Shown piece by piece: positions 25,296 through 38,181 of a DNA stretch of 64,000 nucleotides. The notes under the pieces are model-generated. The model saw nothing but the letters and a program-made list of their open reading frames with translations, made no database searches and was not told the origin of the DNA. Made by a program: the position numbers and the translations under genes. Location: the NCBI RefSeq assembly GCF_006345805.1, contig NC_043007.1:53630001-53694000 (forward strand). The letters run 5' to 3'. Every line of letters starts with the position of its first letter. Positions within the stretch are counted from its first letter, which is position 1. Source of the DNA: Octopus sinensis (taxonomy: Eukaryota).

Positions 25296-25440
25296 ATTAA
25301 ATAGAGGCTCCTAGAACAACCAGGACTATACCTTAATGGGAGCAATTGGTGTAAGGTTTGCTTGGCTGAGAGAGCTAGAATCCTGAAAAACTCACTTGAT
25401 CCAGGGACATTCTTAAATTCCAAAAAAATTAATCTAATCA
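25296..25440 (+). pseudogene. PLE GIY-YIG C-terminal fragment
   Basis: IK*RLLEQPGLYLNGSNWCKVCLAERARILKNSLDPGTFLN, paralogous to 31990-32100. Confidence 0.7.
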
Positions 25441-25830
25441 ATCCCTCATCAGAGGAAATTCATATTAGAAACATGGAATTTTCCATTTGCCAACTAGGGA
25501 AAAGCAGCCAATTATAGACTAGCCTATCTTAGACACAACTGGAACCCATCTAAGGAAGATAATGCCACCTTGCCCTAGTTTTTGCAGTAGAACTTTGTTC
25601 TGGAATTCTTTGTTTTAAGAATTAATTTACCATAACATATTCCACCCTCCAGTTGTAGAGAAGTTATGTACTTCTGGCCAGCAAGTCTAATGAGTCACCT
25701 ATACAGTTGAGCACTTTATAGGTGTGATATTGATGGTCACTGTCTGACCGGCCATAGCAAACAACCTTCTAAACATTACTGCTGTAATGTTTAGAGTGTG
25801 CTTCTGTTTGGATATATATATATAAATATA

Positions 25831-28075
25831 TCATCATCATCACCGTTTAACATCCGTTTTCCATGCTAGCATAGTTTGGACGGTTTGACCGGGGTCTGGG
25901 AAGCCAGGAGGCTGCACCAGGCTCCAGTCTGATCTGGCAGTGTTTCTACAGCTGGATGCCCTTCCTAATGCCAACCACTCCGTGAGTGTAGTGGGTGCTT
26001 TTTATGTGCCACCGGCACAGTTGCCAGGGGAGGCTGGCAGCGAACACAATCAGTTGGTGCTTTCTACGTGCCACCGGCATGGAAGCCAGTCAAGGTGGCA
26101 CTGGCATCGGTCACGTTCAGATGCTGCTTTTTACGTGCCACCAGCACAGGTATCACAACTACAATTTCCATTTGATTTTTATTTTGATGTTGATGTACTT
26201 GACTCAATAGGTCTCCTCAAGCACAGCAGGTCGCCCTATGATCCAAGGTAAGCACAGCAGACCGTTCTGCAATCCAAGGTCCTTTGGATGGGCTGGGGCT
26301 GTTCTGTGAAACTGGTGCAGGAACAGTCATGAACTCACATTATTTGTAGGGTCTTCACGGTCACAGCATATCTTTTGTCATTGCCTCTGTGAGGCCAAAC
26401 GTTTGAAGGTCATGCTTGACCACCTCATTCCATGTCTTCCTGGGTCTACCTCTACCCTGGATTCCTTCAACTGTTTGGGAGTGGTACTTTTTCACACATC
26501 TCTCCTCATCTAGCCATAGTACATGACCATACCAGCGCAAACTTCTCTCTTGCACACCACATGCTAGCTTCATTTCTTTCAAGCCTACGCATGTCGTCTG
26601 CAGTCACAGCCCATGTTTCACTACCGTGAAGCATGGCAGTTTGCATGCATGCATCGTACAATCTACCTTTCACTCTGAGCGAGAGACCCTTTGTCACCAG
26701 TAGGGATAGAAGCTTTCTAAACTTTGCCCAGGCTATTCGTATTCTAGTAGTGACACTCTCTGAGCATCCACCTCCACCACTAACTTGGTCACCTAGATAG
26801 TGGAAACTATCTACTACTTCTAGTTTTTCCCCCTGGTGTGTGATGGAATCTGTTTTCTGAGTATCTGTGGTGTCTATTGTCCCTGTGCATTGCCACACAT
26901 GAAAGCTATCTTCTTGGTTAATTTTCCTTTGATGTTGCTGCACATCTTATGCGTCCTTAGCTTACACTGGGTACAACTTATGGAGTTTCTACCTACACCT
27001 TTTCTACAGACCGAGCAGGGCCACCTACCTGAGGGGATCTGTGATGAGTTCACCTTCCTACTGACTATAACTTTGGTCTTTGTGACATTTACTCTAAGGC
27101 CTTTTGATTCTAAACCGAGCTTCCACACCCGAAATTTCTTTTCTAGTTCTGGTAGGGATTCTGCTATGAGGAGCTTCCAGGGGCAACCCGTCTTGAATTC
27201 CTCTGTTATTGCCTAGAGGACTATGATGAATAAAAGGGGACTGAGGGCTGAACCTTGGTGGACCCCTACTTCTACCCGGAATTATTCACTATACTCGTTG
27301 CCAATCCTAACCTTACTAACAGCCTCTCTGTATAGGGCCTGTACAGCCATTAGAGCAAAGAAACAGGCCTGGAAAGCCTGGAGGGATGGGGGTAGCAGGG
27401 AACTGTACCAGGTAGCCAAAAGGGAGTCCCGCTGTCTGGTGAGGATGAAATCAATCTGGCTAGCAGAGTCCCCTGATTGATAGGTTTTAAGGTGGCTGTC
27501 TGGCTTGCTGAAGTTAGTGTTGCAGATTAAAAGGTTACATGCATCACAGAATTCCAGTAACCTAGTTCCCTCATAGTTTCGGGTGCCAATACCATGGCCA
27601 CCGTGTACCCCATTGAAGATACCAGATTCCCACCCAACATGCCTATTAAAGTCTCCAGCCACAAAGATGAGGTCATTGCCACTCGTCTTTGAGGTAGCCT
27701 GTAGAAGGGTATCATAAAAGTGGTCCTTCTGATCATTTGGTAGCCCTGCATGTGGGGCGTAGGCAGAAATAATTGTAGCTGTGCTATTCTGTAGGACTAG
27801 CCTGAGCTTAAGCACTCTATCACATACCCTGACAACCTCTATGACCTTATCCACCCATTTCTCCGCACAGTGTATCCATGTTACCTTGCCAAAAGACTTT
27901 ATACCTATGTGCCTTGCCTGTGAGGACCCTAGCTGAAGCTCCTCTCCATCTTACTTCTTGTATGCAGCATACATCAACCCATCTCCTTTCAAGCATCTCT
28001 ACAATCTCACTAGACCTACCTTTCAGTGTGCCAACATTGACAGTGCCAACTCTGAAAACTGGGACGGTAATGTGG
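25831..28075 (-). mobile_element. RTE LINE copy with large internal deletion and a short internal inversion
   Basis: EN (RVGTVNVGTLKGRS, VAGDFN, QIDFIL), RT C-terminal half, (ATG)n tail at 25831; 27343-27426 reads in + orientation. Confidence 0.9.
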
Positions 28076-28384
28076 GGTGAGGTTTGGGGACAAGGGATGT
28101 TATTCAGAGCCTGAAAATAAGAGGGTTGTTGTGGTGTTCGTTTTTTAGGCATGCTTCTTCTGACCTGACAACATTCAAGCATTCAACCATGTTAAGATTG
28201 CTGCCCCTACACATACTAGCTGAGTATCCCATTATTACTGAGTAATTTTCACAATAGAATACCTTGGTGGACTTTTGGAATAGAACACCCACATTATGTT
28301 GAATTTTTTCCATTTTCATGATGATTTAAAAAATTTTTTCCACCAGACAATTTGAGTTCTTCTTACTAGAACTTTGGTCTTTGC

Positions 28385-29000
28385 TAAGTTATGGCCTGTT
28401 ATAGCTTGGAGAACAGTTGTGAATAGGAGGGGCTGAGGATCAAATCTTAGTGAACACCTACCTGTACACTAAATCTGTTACTGTACCCATGACTAACTCT
28501 TACCTTACTAACAGTACCCCTGTACAAGCCATTCATCTACCCTAGCTTTCTCAAAGACCACTATATCACAGAGAAAGGTACTCTGTTGAAGGCTTTCTCC
28601 AAATCAGCAAATGCCAAGTACAACAGCTTGTTCTCTTGCAGTTGCCTGATGTTTTTGCCTTACTGAAAATCGCATCCATGGGGCTTCTCCCTGAGACAAA
28701 GCCAAACTGCATTTCATCTAGTCTAATCCTGTTCCTGATTAACTGGGCTATAACTCTCTCCACAACCTTCATCACCTAGTCCAGCAGTTTGCTGCCACTA
28801 TAATTACTTCTATCTAAGGCATCTCCATTGCCCTTAAGCATCTCATCAGAAACTCCTGATGGCCCAAGGGCTTTTGTTGTCTTCATACCTTTAATTGCCT
28901 TATCTATCATGTTACTGTCAAGTAGGATACCTTGTTCTTTTTGGTGGGAGTTCTCATGAGCAAGACTACATTTCTCCCATTCATTCTTCATTTTCAAAAG
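28385..29000 (-). pseudogene. Independent RTE RT fragment
   Basis: NYSGSKLLD, MKVVERVIAQLIR, QFGFVSGRS, EKAFNRVP, VGVH*G. Confidence 0.8.
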
Positions 29001-29004
29001 CCCT

Positions 29005-29110
29005 CCCATTTATTCTCCACATCTGCAACTCAGCCCTTGCTAAAGCTGGCTATAGAGATAAAATCAAATCTATTCCTATCAGGCCTTGCACCTATAGTAG
29101 AAAGGATTAT
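29005..29110 (+). pseudogene. Possible PLE linker fragment
   Basis: ICNSALAKAGYRDKIK resembles the YNxALxxSGY linker motif; short. Confidence 0.35.
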
Positions 29111-29150
29111 TGAAAAACATCAATTACATAGTAATAAACTACTTGGTAGA

Positions 29151-29191
<41 letters not shown>

Positions 29192-29197
29192 CAACAA

Positions 29198-29554
29198 CAA
29201 GAGTGCTCAGAGAGCACAAACCTCCACCAAGGCAACACCAATGTCCTCTCAATAATTAGCCAGAGATGAATTTAAATGAGAATATCTGAAATAAACTCGA
29301 CTGCTCTCACAAACAAGAATACTAAATATGAACCTGACCACTCTCAAAAATTAAGTAAAAAAACCAGAAGAATAATCCAGAATCCTTGTCTGGTACAGGA
29401 TTGATCCCAAAATCTAATCAGTTCATGCCAGTCACAAGGCCAAACATCCCTGAAAGTTTCATCCGAATCCATCCAGCAGTTCTTGAGATATCTTGTCCAC
29501 GGACAAACAAACAAATATGACTGAAAACAATACCTCCACCTTCACTAAGGCAGA

Positions 29555-29557
<3 letters not shown>
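29198..29557. mobile_element. Non-autonomous Helentron-associated (HINE/DINE-like) element in an (AAT)n tract
   Basis: Subterminal ACCTCCACCAAGG near the left end; terminal hairpin ACCTCCACCTTCACTAAGGCAGAGGT (29532-57); internal CAAA microsatellite. Confidence 0.5.
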
Positions 29558-29589
<32 letters not shown>

Positions 29590-29649
29590 GAAGAACTTGG
29601 ATAAATTTATAGCTAACTTATTACCTAGCATGATGGATTTTCTTGGGCA

Positions 29650-30560
29650 AGTGTTTTTCAGTCTTATTTCCAATAACATAGCTGAATTGGATGCGGTGTT
29701 GAAGGTTGTGAATCTGGCCCTGAGATGAGGGCTGCATACTATTGAAATTTGAACTGATTCAGCCACTCTGTGTGGATAGATGGGATCAGTGGTCACTAAT
29801 GAGAGGAAGGTATGTATGAAAGTGGTGGCAGAGATGTTAATAAAACATCACCTAGGGATTCTGAGAGAGCTAGCTGCCAAATTCAGTTTGAAACTGAGTG
29901 TAGTTTTCATGCCCTTTGAAAAGAATAAAGCAGACATCTTAACCAGAGTGAAGAAAGTCTGGTTAGCAGTGCCAGGGAGTTGGCAGTAGATGCACATCCA
30001 GCAGGGGACATATCTCTCAATGATCAGTTGTGGACTGGGGCATATGGCAATATGGAAGGAAATTAAGATGTGGACTGCAAATGAAGTTGTATGAATCCTG
30101 AACAAAATATTCCTGGAATGGGGCTCTGTGGGTGAATTGCTGATGGACAATGGCATTGCATTATACTTGGAGGTGCTGAAGGAAATGCTTGATAAGTGTA
30201 ATGTAAAATACTTCTTCAGAGCGGCATACAGACCAAGTGGAAATGGGATTGTGGAGACACCATGATCAAGGCCATGGAAGAGAGGGGACATATCTCACCA
30301 CTCAAGGCATTATTCTGGTATAATATGTTGCCCAAGTTAAGAAAGGCTGAGTAGTTGATGCTACACAGAGCAAGATATGTCTGTGCACAGTATCGCAGCA
30401 ACCTGTGATGGAGGAAGAGCCTATCATGCATGTAGGGGATGAAGTTTGGGTCAACCCCTAAATGTGCACTGCATGTGTCAGTGGGAAAAAGGAACAGTAT
30501 CAGCGATTAATTCCCAAAATAATGTGTCTGTGGGTGAAATACCGCAATATGCCTTAGATG
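29650..30560 (+). pseudogene. Gypsy-like pol fragment (RNase H + integrase)
   Basis: NIAELDAVLKVVNLAL..TDSAT, KNKADILTRV, ELLMDNG, AAYRPSGNGIVE, LFWYN, VGDEVWV. Confidence 0.85.
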
Positions 30561-31169
30561 TCTGCACAATGAAGGAGAGGATGCAAGCAGCACTCCAACT
30601 CAGCAAATGTCACAGTGGGTGAGACATCCTCCCAGGTGGATAACAGATTTTGAGTGAGGTGATGGGGTGATCTTTGAAATTGGTGGTGGGGACATGTGGG
30701 GATGAGATGAATCAGAAATATAGGGTCAGTGACGTCAATAGCTGAGAGGCCTGACCAGAAGGCAAGGAGTCAATGGTAGCAAAAAAAAAATTGCAGGCTC
30801 TATAATACAGAAGGTGGGTCATCCTGAAAAGTTCACTGGACTCCACTAAATGTCTAAATACCAAAAGTAATGCCTTTGGTAGCTGTCCATATGTCACCAA
30901 GTATATTTTGAAATTTTGGTCCCCATCTTTTTTGTACCTACTGGATTTGGACTTCTTTTTTACCAGTCTATTATTATTTTGGATATTGTTATATTTGATA
31001 TATTTTTTACATGCTCTTATATATTTTAAATTTTTTAATTTTTGTTTTTGTCATTTTTATCTTTATTTTTGCAGTCATGCCACACATATTTATGTGTGTA
31101 GATAGGTGTTTGTGTGTGTGTATACAATATATATATATATAAATATAAATATATACACACACATACATA

Positions 31170-32190
31170 GCACCCCTAGGCCACAGGAAGAGGCAGGTTG
31201 TTCATGCAGGGACTGCAGCAGTTGTCCGGTAGGAGGCCACTGCATAACCAAAGGGGTTGTCTATCATGCTGAAGTTACTAGCGAACCCTGGCAATACCAC
31301 CAGCAGGAGCAATAGTGGCTGTAGACTCGAGAGCAGAGCCAATAACTCTGCCATCATTGCTGCAGTTGACAGAATTAGCTATGTTAGCAATAACAGCACC
31401 AACGACAGCATTGGCAGTCCTCCTAGATGGTGACATCACTAACAACAACAACAGCAGCATCTCCATCAACACTAGCCTTACCTATAGCATCGCTAACGTC
31501 CACAGTAGCTGACCTGGCAACCCCTATAGCAGCAGCAACAGGTCCATTGCCAACACCAGCTATAATGGTAATAACAGCAGCAGCAGCAGTGGTGCTAGCA
31601 GAAACACCAACGGAACTACAGCTAATGACACCTCTAGCAGCAGGGGCAACTCACCCACCATTGGCAAAGACTGCAATAACATCAACAATATTAACAACAG
31701 TGCCTTTACCATAACCAGCACTGGTGATAACATTACCGATGCCACCACCACCTCCAGTGATGCCAATACATGCAGCCCCAGCTCCAGCAACATCAGTATT
31801 GGCAACAGCAGCAGCAACAACCAGTGCAGCATCAACAACATGCACCCACGGAGATATATTGGATATATTGGGAATTCTCTCAAGCAATGTTTCCAACCAT
31901 AGGTCCTCTTTCAGAGTTCTGGAAAAGAGATACGTAACATCACTGGCCAGCCACATCTGACAACTAAGAGACGATGGGATCCCATACTTGATCTCATGGA
32001 AAATCCTTAAGACCCCAGGCCCCTACATCAAAGGGATGAAGCATTGAAAGTTATGCATAGCTGAATGTGCAAGAATCCTAAAAGACTCATTCGGAGATTT
32101 TCAGGCCATGTATACATTTCAGGAAATTCCTGCTAGCCTTTTGGGGCCCACAAGATGGCAACACAGCTGGAAGTCGATTGCTAATGGCAA
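31170..32190 (+). pseudogene. PLE GIY-YIG endonuclease with ~570-nt Asn/Ser/Thr-rich insert
   Basis: CSCRDCSSCPVGGHCITKGVVYHAEVTS (to ~31282), insert, RYIGYIGNS..SNHRSSFR..TSLASHI*QL..ISWKIL..*KLCIAE. Confidence 0.85.
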
Positions 32191-32256
32191 GGGATATAAT
32201 CCCTTTTTTACCTTTGTAGTGAGGCTTTTCCCCTTCCATGTTTTGAAGAGGTCATA

Positions 32257-32312
32257 GACCTGATGATATGCCATAAAGCTAAAACTTTATGGACATGAAA
32301 CCCAGGGTAATC
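32257..32312 (+). ncRNA. Hammerhead motif downstream of the PLE endonuclease (intact core, weak stem I)
   Basis: CTGATGA 32260-66, extra T, stem II ATG-CCATAAAG/CTTTATGG-A-CAT, GAAA 32297-300, ACCC-A-GGGT, GUA 32307-09. Confidence 0.65.
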
Positions 32313-32372
32313 CCATAAACTGGCCTTCCCCTCTTAATGTATATATACATATATATATATATATGTATGTAA

Positions 32373-32537
32373 GCGCAGGCATGGGTGTATGGTAAGAAGC
32401 TTACTTCCCAACCACATGGTTCCAGGTTCAGTCCCACTGCATGGCACCTTGGGCAAGTGTCTTCAACCAAAACCTTATCGGTGGATTTGGTAGATGGAAA
32501 CTGAAAGAAGCTCATTGTATGTATGTATGTATATGTG

Positions 32538-32577
<40 letters not shown>

Positions 32578-33005
32578 ATCCAAACATGAAAACACAAAGA
32601 GAAAACACAACAACGCGAGGATGTGGAACAAGTATAGTGTTATTGGATGCTCAAGAAAGGAAAGGAAGAAGGAGGATTTAATGTTTTGAGGGGAGCTCTT
32701 CGTCAGAAACACAGGAAAAGGAAAGATCCAAGGAAGGGAAGATGGAGGAAAAAAAATCACCAACAGTACACACGCGGTCACATATGTATGTGTAAATATG
32801 TATGTGTATATGTATGTGTGTGTGTATGTTTGTGTGTCTGTGTTTGTCCCACCACCATCACTTGAGAACTTGACAAGTGGTTCGGCAAAAGAGACTGATA
32901 GAATAAGTACTAGGCTTACAAAGAATAAGTACTGGTTCAATTTATTCAACTAAAAGGTGATGCTTTAGCATGGCCACAGTCAAATGACTGAAACAAGTAA
33001 AAGAA
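32373..33005 (+). mobile_element. SINE family B with nested pLTR-like insert (32575-32790, - strand, decayed hammerhead 32676-32710)
   Basis: Head and tail match 52004-52410; insert sits in the internal microsatellite; minus strand GTTT-CTGACGA-A-GAGC-TCC-CCTC-AAAA-CAT-T-AAAT. Confidence 0.8.
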
Positions 33006-34003
33006 TATATGTATGTGTATGTAAGGTGTGTGTGTGTGTGTATGTATTATTCCTGTGTTGTGTGTGTTTTTTATTTCTTAAAGGAAATTTTAAATTTAAT
33101 TTCTAATTTGTTAAGTTTTTTTATTTCTTATATTTAATTTCTTGATTTTTTTAAGTTTTAGTTTTTCAATTTTTTTAATCTTTCAACTTGCCTTTCAATT
33201 TTTACTTTTAAATCTTTTATAATTTTAAATTTTTATTTTTTCAATTTCAATTCAATTTAATTTAATTTCTTTTTGTTTCATAATTTTGGAATTTCTTTAT
33301 ACCCAATGACTCTTAATTTTAATTTATAAAATTTCAAATTTCTAATCATTAGTTTCAATGTTAATTTCAATGTTATATTAAAATTTTCTTGATTTTTAAG
33401 CCTTTAACCTTCAAGGGTTTTTGGAAAGGTTTATATTTTCTAATATTTCATTTACTTTTTGGGTAACAGGTTTATATACTATTTTAACCCCAATATTCCA
33501 CCTTTGCATATATATATATTCTTAAGAAACTATATGAACTGTCCTTCATTCTTTTATATATCTATGTATTTACTATTGTGGTTTGATATATACCCTTTAA
33601 TTTACTAGTTTATTGTTACTTCAACCTACACTTACTCAGGTTTCACCAAGTTCTAGCAATCAAGCTGAAAAGACTTGTTTCCTTTATATGGTCTAATGTA
33701 CACAGGGGACTTTTTCCTTCTCATTGGCAGTGCAGCTTTCTCGTGTTTATCACTGGGCTAATGACAGCTAAATGGTGGTGATCATTGTATCATTGACACA
33801 CAAATTTGAACTCCTGTAAGTCTCCATGACTGTATCACTCAATAAATATATATATATATAAGTATGTAATATGTGTGCCCCAGCATGGCTGTAGCCTTAG
33901 GGCTGAAACATATAAAAGAATATATATGTATATACATTACATATATATGTATGTATTTATTTATTTATGCGTATATATTGCATGTATATATGTATTGCTT
34001 TTA

Positions 34004-34306
34004 GTGGAGGCGCAATGGCCTAGTGGTTAGGGCAGCGGTCTCGCGGTCGTAGGATCGCGGTTTCGACTCCCAGACTGGGCGTTGTGAGTGTTTATTGAGC
34101 GAAAACACCTAAAGCGCCACGAGGCTCCAGCAGGGGGTGGTGGCGATCCTTGCTGTACTCTTTCGCCACAACTTTCTCTCACTCTTTCTTCTGTTGGCCT
34201 GCTTCGCTTAGCCAGTGGGGTGGCGTCATTTGAAGGCTAAAACAATGCGAAGCGCATTGTGACCAGCGATGTGTAACAACATCTGATGGCCTAGTCGATC
34301 ACAGTG
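34004..34306 (+). mobile_element. SINE family A (tail type 3) with 16-bp target-site duplication
   Basis: A/B boxes; ATATGTATTGCTTTTA at 33988-34003 and 34307-34322. Confidence 0.92.
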
Positions 34307-34926
34307 ATATGTATTGCTTTTACATATTACACACATTTAAGAAATAAAAGGAATTAAAAAACTTCAATAAAGCACTGTGTCAAACAAACTTGGTTCACTA
34401 TATCTATCAATCAGATACCAATAAATGCTAGTAGAATAAACATCCGAGGTAATTCCTCATGTATAACAAGTTAATCCAAATATTGCTCAGAAGAATTTCA
34501 AGAAATTTGATGTATAACACAATAAAATTAAGAATGGAAAAAATCACATCTTAATTGGTGATTACCCCATACAATACTGATGATCATTTCTGATGTGCCA
34601 ACATGCAGGAAATATCAGTCAAATTAAAATATTCAAAAATATATGTTGACACAATCCAAATTTGGTTGAATTCAAAGTGAACTAAGAAAATATCTCTAGT
34701 AGACAAACACTGACAAAAACATGTTAAGAAGAAATATAATATTCTAAGAAAAGCCAGTTTAGTATTTAACTTTTGATGATATCAGTGGATAATGACAAAA
34801 TAAAAATAAACATATGAATTCTACTTTACGACAATTAGAAACATGGAAATTCTGCATCTTGATAACTATCTATCTATTAAATATACTACACATTATATTA
34901 TATGAAAAACAATTATAATTAATGGA

Positions 34927-35163
34927 TTATTTAGAATTAAAATATCTAAATGCTTTTCTGTATTTGTGAGAACATTTCAAAGTAAAATTACCTTCATAAA
35001 TTAATATTAATTTAGAAGTAATTATATAATACATTTCCACAGAGCAAAGGTCACATTTAAAATTATCAGTATTGTATGATGGTGCATAACTAATAATGGA
35101 CCACTTTAAATCATACTTAATGTCCCTGTCTTTTAAATCCCAAATGCATTTACTAAGATTCAT
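34927..35163 (-). pseudogene. PLE GIY-YIG C-terminal fragment
   Basis: LSKCIWDLKDRDIKYDLKWSII..CDLCSVE..CSH. Confidence 0.75.
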
Positions 35164-35399
35164 AGAATTACATTTTCTTCTCTACTTAATGAATGAGAAT
35201 GATTATAAAATCTAGATTTCTTAATTATAGCAGATGAACCTATGTAGTAATACTTATGATCCTCTGTTATTACCTTACATTGATACACTATATTTTTCCT
35301 TAAACACTGATTTTCTGAAGGACAGATAATTTTCCTAGAATATTATATTTCTTCTTAACATTATTTTTGCATGTGTTTATCTACTAGAGATATTTTCTT

Positions 35400-35640
35400 T
35401 GTTCACAAGATGATACATCACAATTTGTGTAACCTTGGTATAGTTGATAGACTAGGAGACTGGCTGCATGACTTTTCAAAAGATTGGCATCAGACAATCT
35501 CAGCTAATGATGCTCTCTCTGAAGAGACGTCAATATTAAGTGGAATCCTTTAGTGAACTGTACTTAGACTAGCAATGTTTGTGGTGGTTCTGTCAGACCT
35601 ACCCTCTGTCATACAGTTGACTGTGCTCACCAGTCTCAGT
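35400..35640 (+). pseudogene. CR1-like RT fragment
   Basis: NLGIVDRLGDWLHDF..SILSGI, homologous to LGIVGKLGEWLHDFL at ~47200-47250. Confidence 0.65.
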
Positions 35641-35798
35641 GCCATATATGGACTACTGAGAGAGTCTATAAGAGTTGAGGCTCCACTTTCTGGAAAGATA
35701 TGAAAGGTATGTGTATGTATATATATGTATATGTACATATATGTATGTGTAAATATATATATATACTTTATTTAAAAGCAGCAGAAATATAACAAAAG

Positions 35799-35836
35799 CT
35801 GTTACTCAGAGTTTCACGTTCCAGTTTGTCGGACAG
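35799..35836 (-). ncRNA. Degenerate minimal hammerhead
   Basis: CTGT-CCGACAA-AC-TGGAAC-GT-GAAA-CTCTGAG-TA-ACAG; stems intact, core U4C and G8A. Confidence 0.4.
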
Positions 35837-37094
35837 TTTTGTTAATATAGAACAGAAATAACAATATGTTCAAAACTAGTTAAAGGATACACCTTTAAAA
35901 ATGGATTTGTTTCATTGGGCCTTTCAAATAACGGTCTTAAGCATGTGATAAACAAAATAAATGCATTCAATATAAATTATGAATTATAAAAATCGAGGAA
36001 AAAACCTTAAATCGAACAGCGAACTCAAAATACATATTGTTATTAATTATATATGAAATATAATTTGATTAATACAATTAATTCATAAAAATTCAAATAT
36101 TTCACAACAGTATATACGCATACTAAACCATCAATATACATATATACATCAAAATACACAGATAGATGTATACAGACCACATACATATGCAGACATATAT
36201 ATGCAAGATGTAAATATACACACAAATACACATATACATATGTATATACAATCTTGCCCACATGCAAAAATCACTTGGTGCATACATATAGACAAGAAGT
36301 AAAGCGCAGAAAGGGGGAAGAAAAAGAAAAAAGGTAACGATCTTATAAGCAACAGATAGCTAAACAAGTGAGTAAGGGAAGGGGAGGGGGTATAAAGTTA
36401 CAGGACTCCATACAAGTAATGAATAGGGGGAGAAAAAATAATGAAAGAAAGGAAGAAAGAAAGAAGTCTAAATATGTGTAATGAACGTTCACAAAATAAA
36501 ATTATGTATACATGTGTATATAAAAGTGTATATTAGCAGTAAATACACATATAAGAACACATATATAAATATATAGAGGTAAGTACGTAAATACACATCC
36601 ACACAAATTCAAGTGAATACATGCATACATATATATCCATATATGTATGTGCATAAGTATAAACATACACGCTTACTTACACATATACATAGGCGCATAC
36701 ATACGAATACATATGCATGCCAACAATACAAATATTCACATAAAAACATATCTATGTCCTGACTTATATGCAAACAACATTATTTTTAAAAATTGCTGAG
36801 TGCATAAATAAAATTTAGATAAAAGACATGCAAAATAGAACACCCTATATCGAGTTATCTATAAATTAAATGATTAAGATGGGTTTATAAAATACAATAA
36901 AATGAAATAAAATAAAAGCAGAATCTTAAACAAGAAAATAATAATATTTGTATATAACAGTCAAAGGTTTTCCTTAACAAATATGTCTAAATATAAACAA
37001 AAACTTTGCAATGTGGAATAAATTATGCATAATACGAAACAAATCCAACAGTGTGATCAAAACACTAGTCCAAGGATCAAAAATATACACTATC

Positions 37095-37450
37095 CATATG
37101 GGATATTGCTAGTCGACATTTTAAATTTAGCTGCGTGTCTGCATGAATTCAAGAGTTCGCTTCTTTGATTTAAAGAATTATTGTCCTGGAATAAAATAAA
37201 ATATTTTTCCAGCAAACATAAATTGCACTTGATCGTTCTTTTATGAGAACTGTGCCTGTATGGTGCAGTTCTATCCAAAATACTCCATGTCACGTTGAAA
37301 GGTTGGGCTTCTTTTTCTTTTAATTCCCAGACATATTTCGCCAGGCTGGTCTTCATACTATTTTCGGGGTATCTAAAGGAATTTTTATGTGTAAAGAATC
37401 GGGTTTTAAAATAATTTTCAGAAGCCCAGACTGCTTTACAGTAGCAAGTT
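37095..37450 (-). pseudogene. PLE GIY-YIG endonuclease remnant
   Basis: SENYFKTRFFTHKNSFRYPENSMKTSLAKYVWELK..WSIL..CNLCLLEK..LNQRSELLNSCRH. Confidence 0.85.
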
Positions 37451-38181
37451 ATTTCATTAAATAGTAGCAGACAATAGATGTGTTTGGCAGACCTTACCCT
37501 TTACAAATACTTGAAAAACTATATATGGAGCATGCTATAAAAAACAGAAGTAAATATAAATTCAAGAAAACATATAATGAAATCAAAAGATGTAAAATAA
37601 AATTGAGTAAAGTAAGTTAACTGTAAAGATTGACCAAAAGTTTGGCAGGGTAATCTGCAGTTTTTAAATTGAACCATATGAAAAAATAAAGAAATAAAAC
37701 ATAGAATTAAGTAAATGAATAACAAGAAAAATAAATCTGGAGAAAAATGAATAGAGGGTTAAAGATAGATATATGAGGCTTGGTTTGCTAAGGATAATGG
37801 TATTTGTTAAAGTACAGGTACTTTAGGTGTATACCAAAGCAGCCTAAGCTGTTGGAATTTTATGCACAGCTGATTTAGAAGGACAGATATGTCATCCCAA
37901 AACCTTTTATAATGGCTCAAGCATACACATACACTTCATATTAATTTTTCTACCAGACACATTCAAACACACATTCACTTTCACATGTCTATGCACACAC
38001 CAGCTCATGTACAAAAGTATTTATAGCGAAATAGTAATTTTTTGAATTAGTACAAGTTTGGGTGACTAATGAGCTTATATCATTATTTATGTATACATTT
38101 AGACAGACATTCACATATCTACATTCCTCAATTTGTGCCCTATTGAGCTATCTCAGTATCAGTCCTAAGAATTAGGATATA

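Noticed and set aside
28385-29000. Idea that this RT piece is the segment deleted from the RTE at 25831-28075
   Set aside because: It runs on through the VGVHxG motif that the other copy also retains, so it is an independent copy.
32045-32047. In-frame TGA at the first Cys of CxLC, suggesting selenocysteine as known for some Naiad PLEs
   Set aside because: The paralog has TGT (25350-52), the same copy has TGG>TGA at a conserved Trp (31958-60) plus frameshifts, and I see no SECIS; ordinary decay is simpler.
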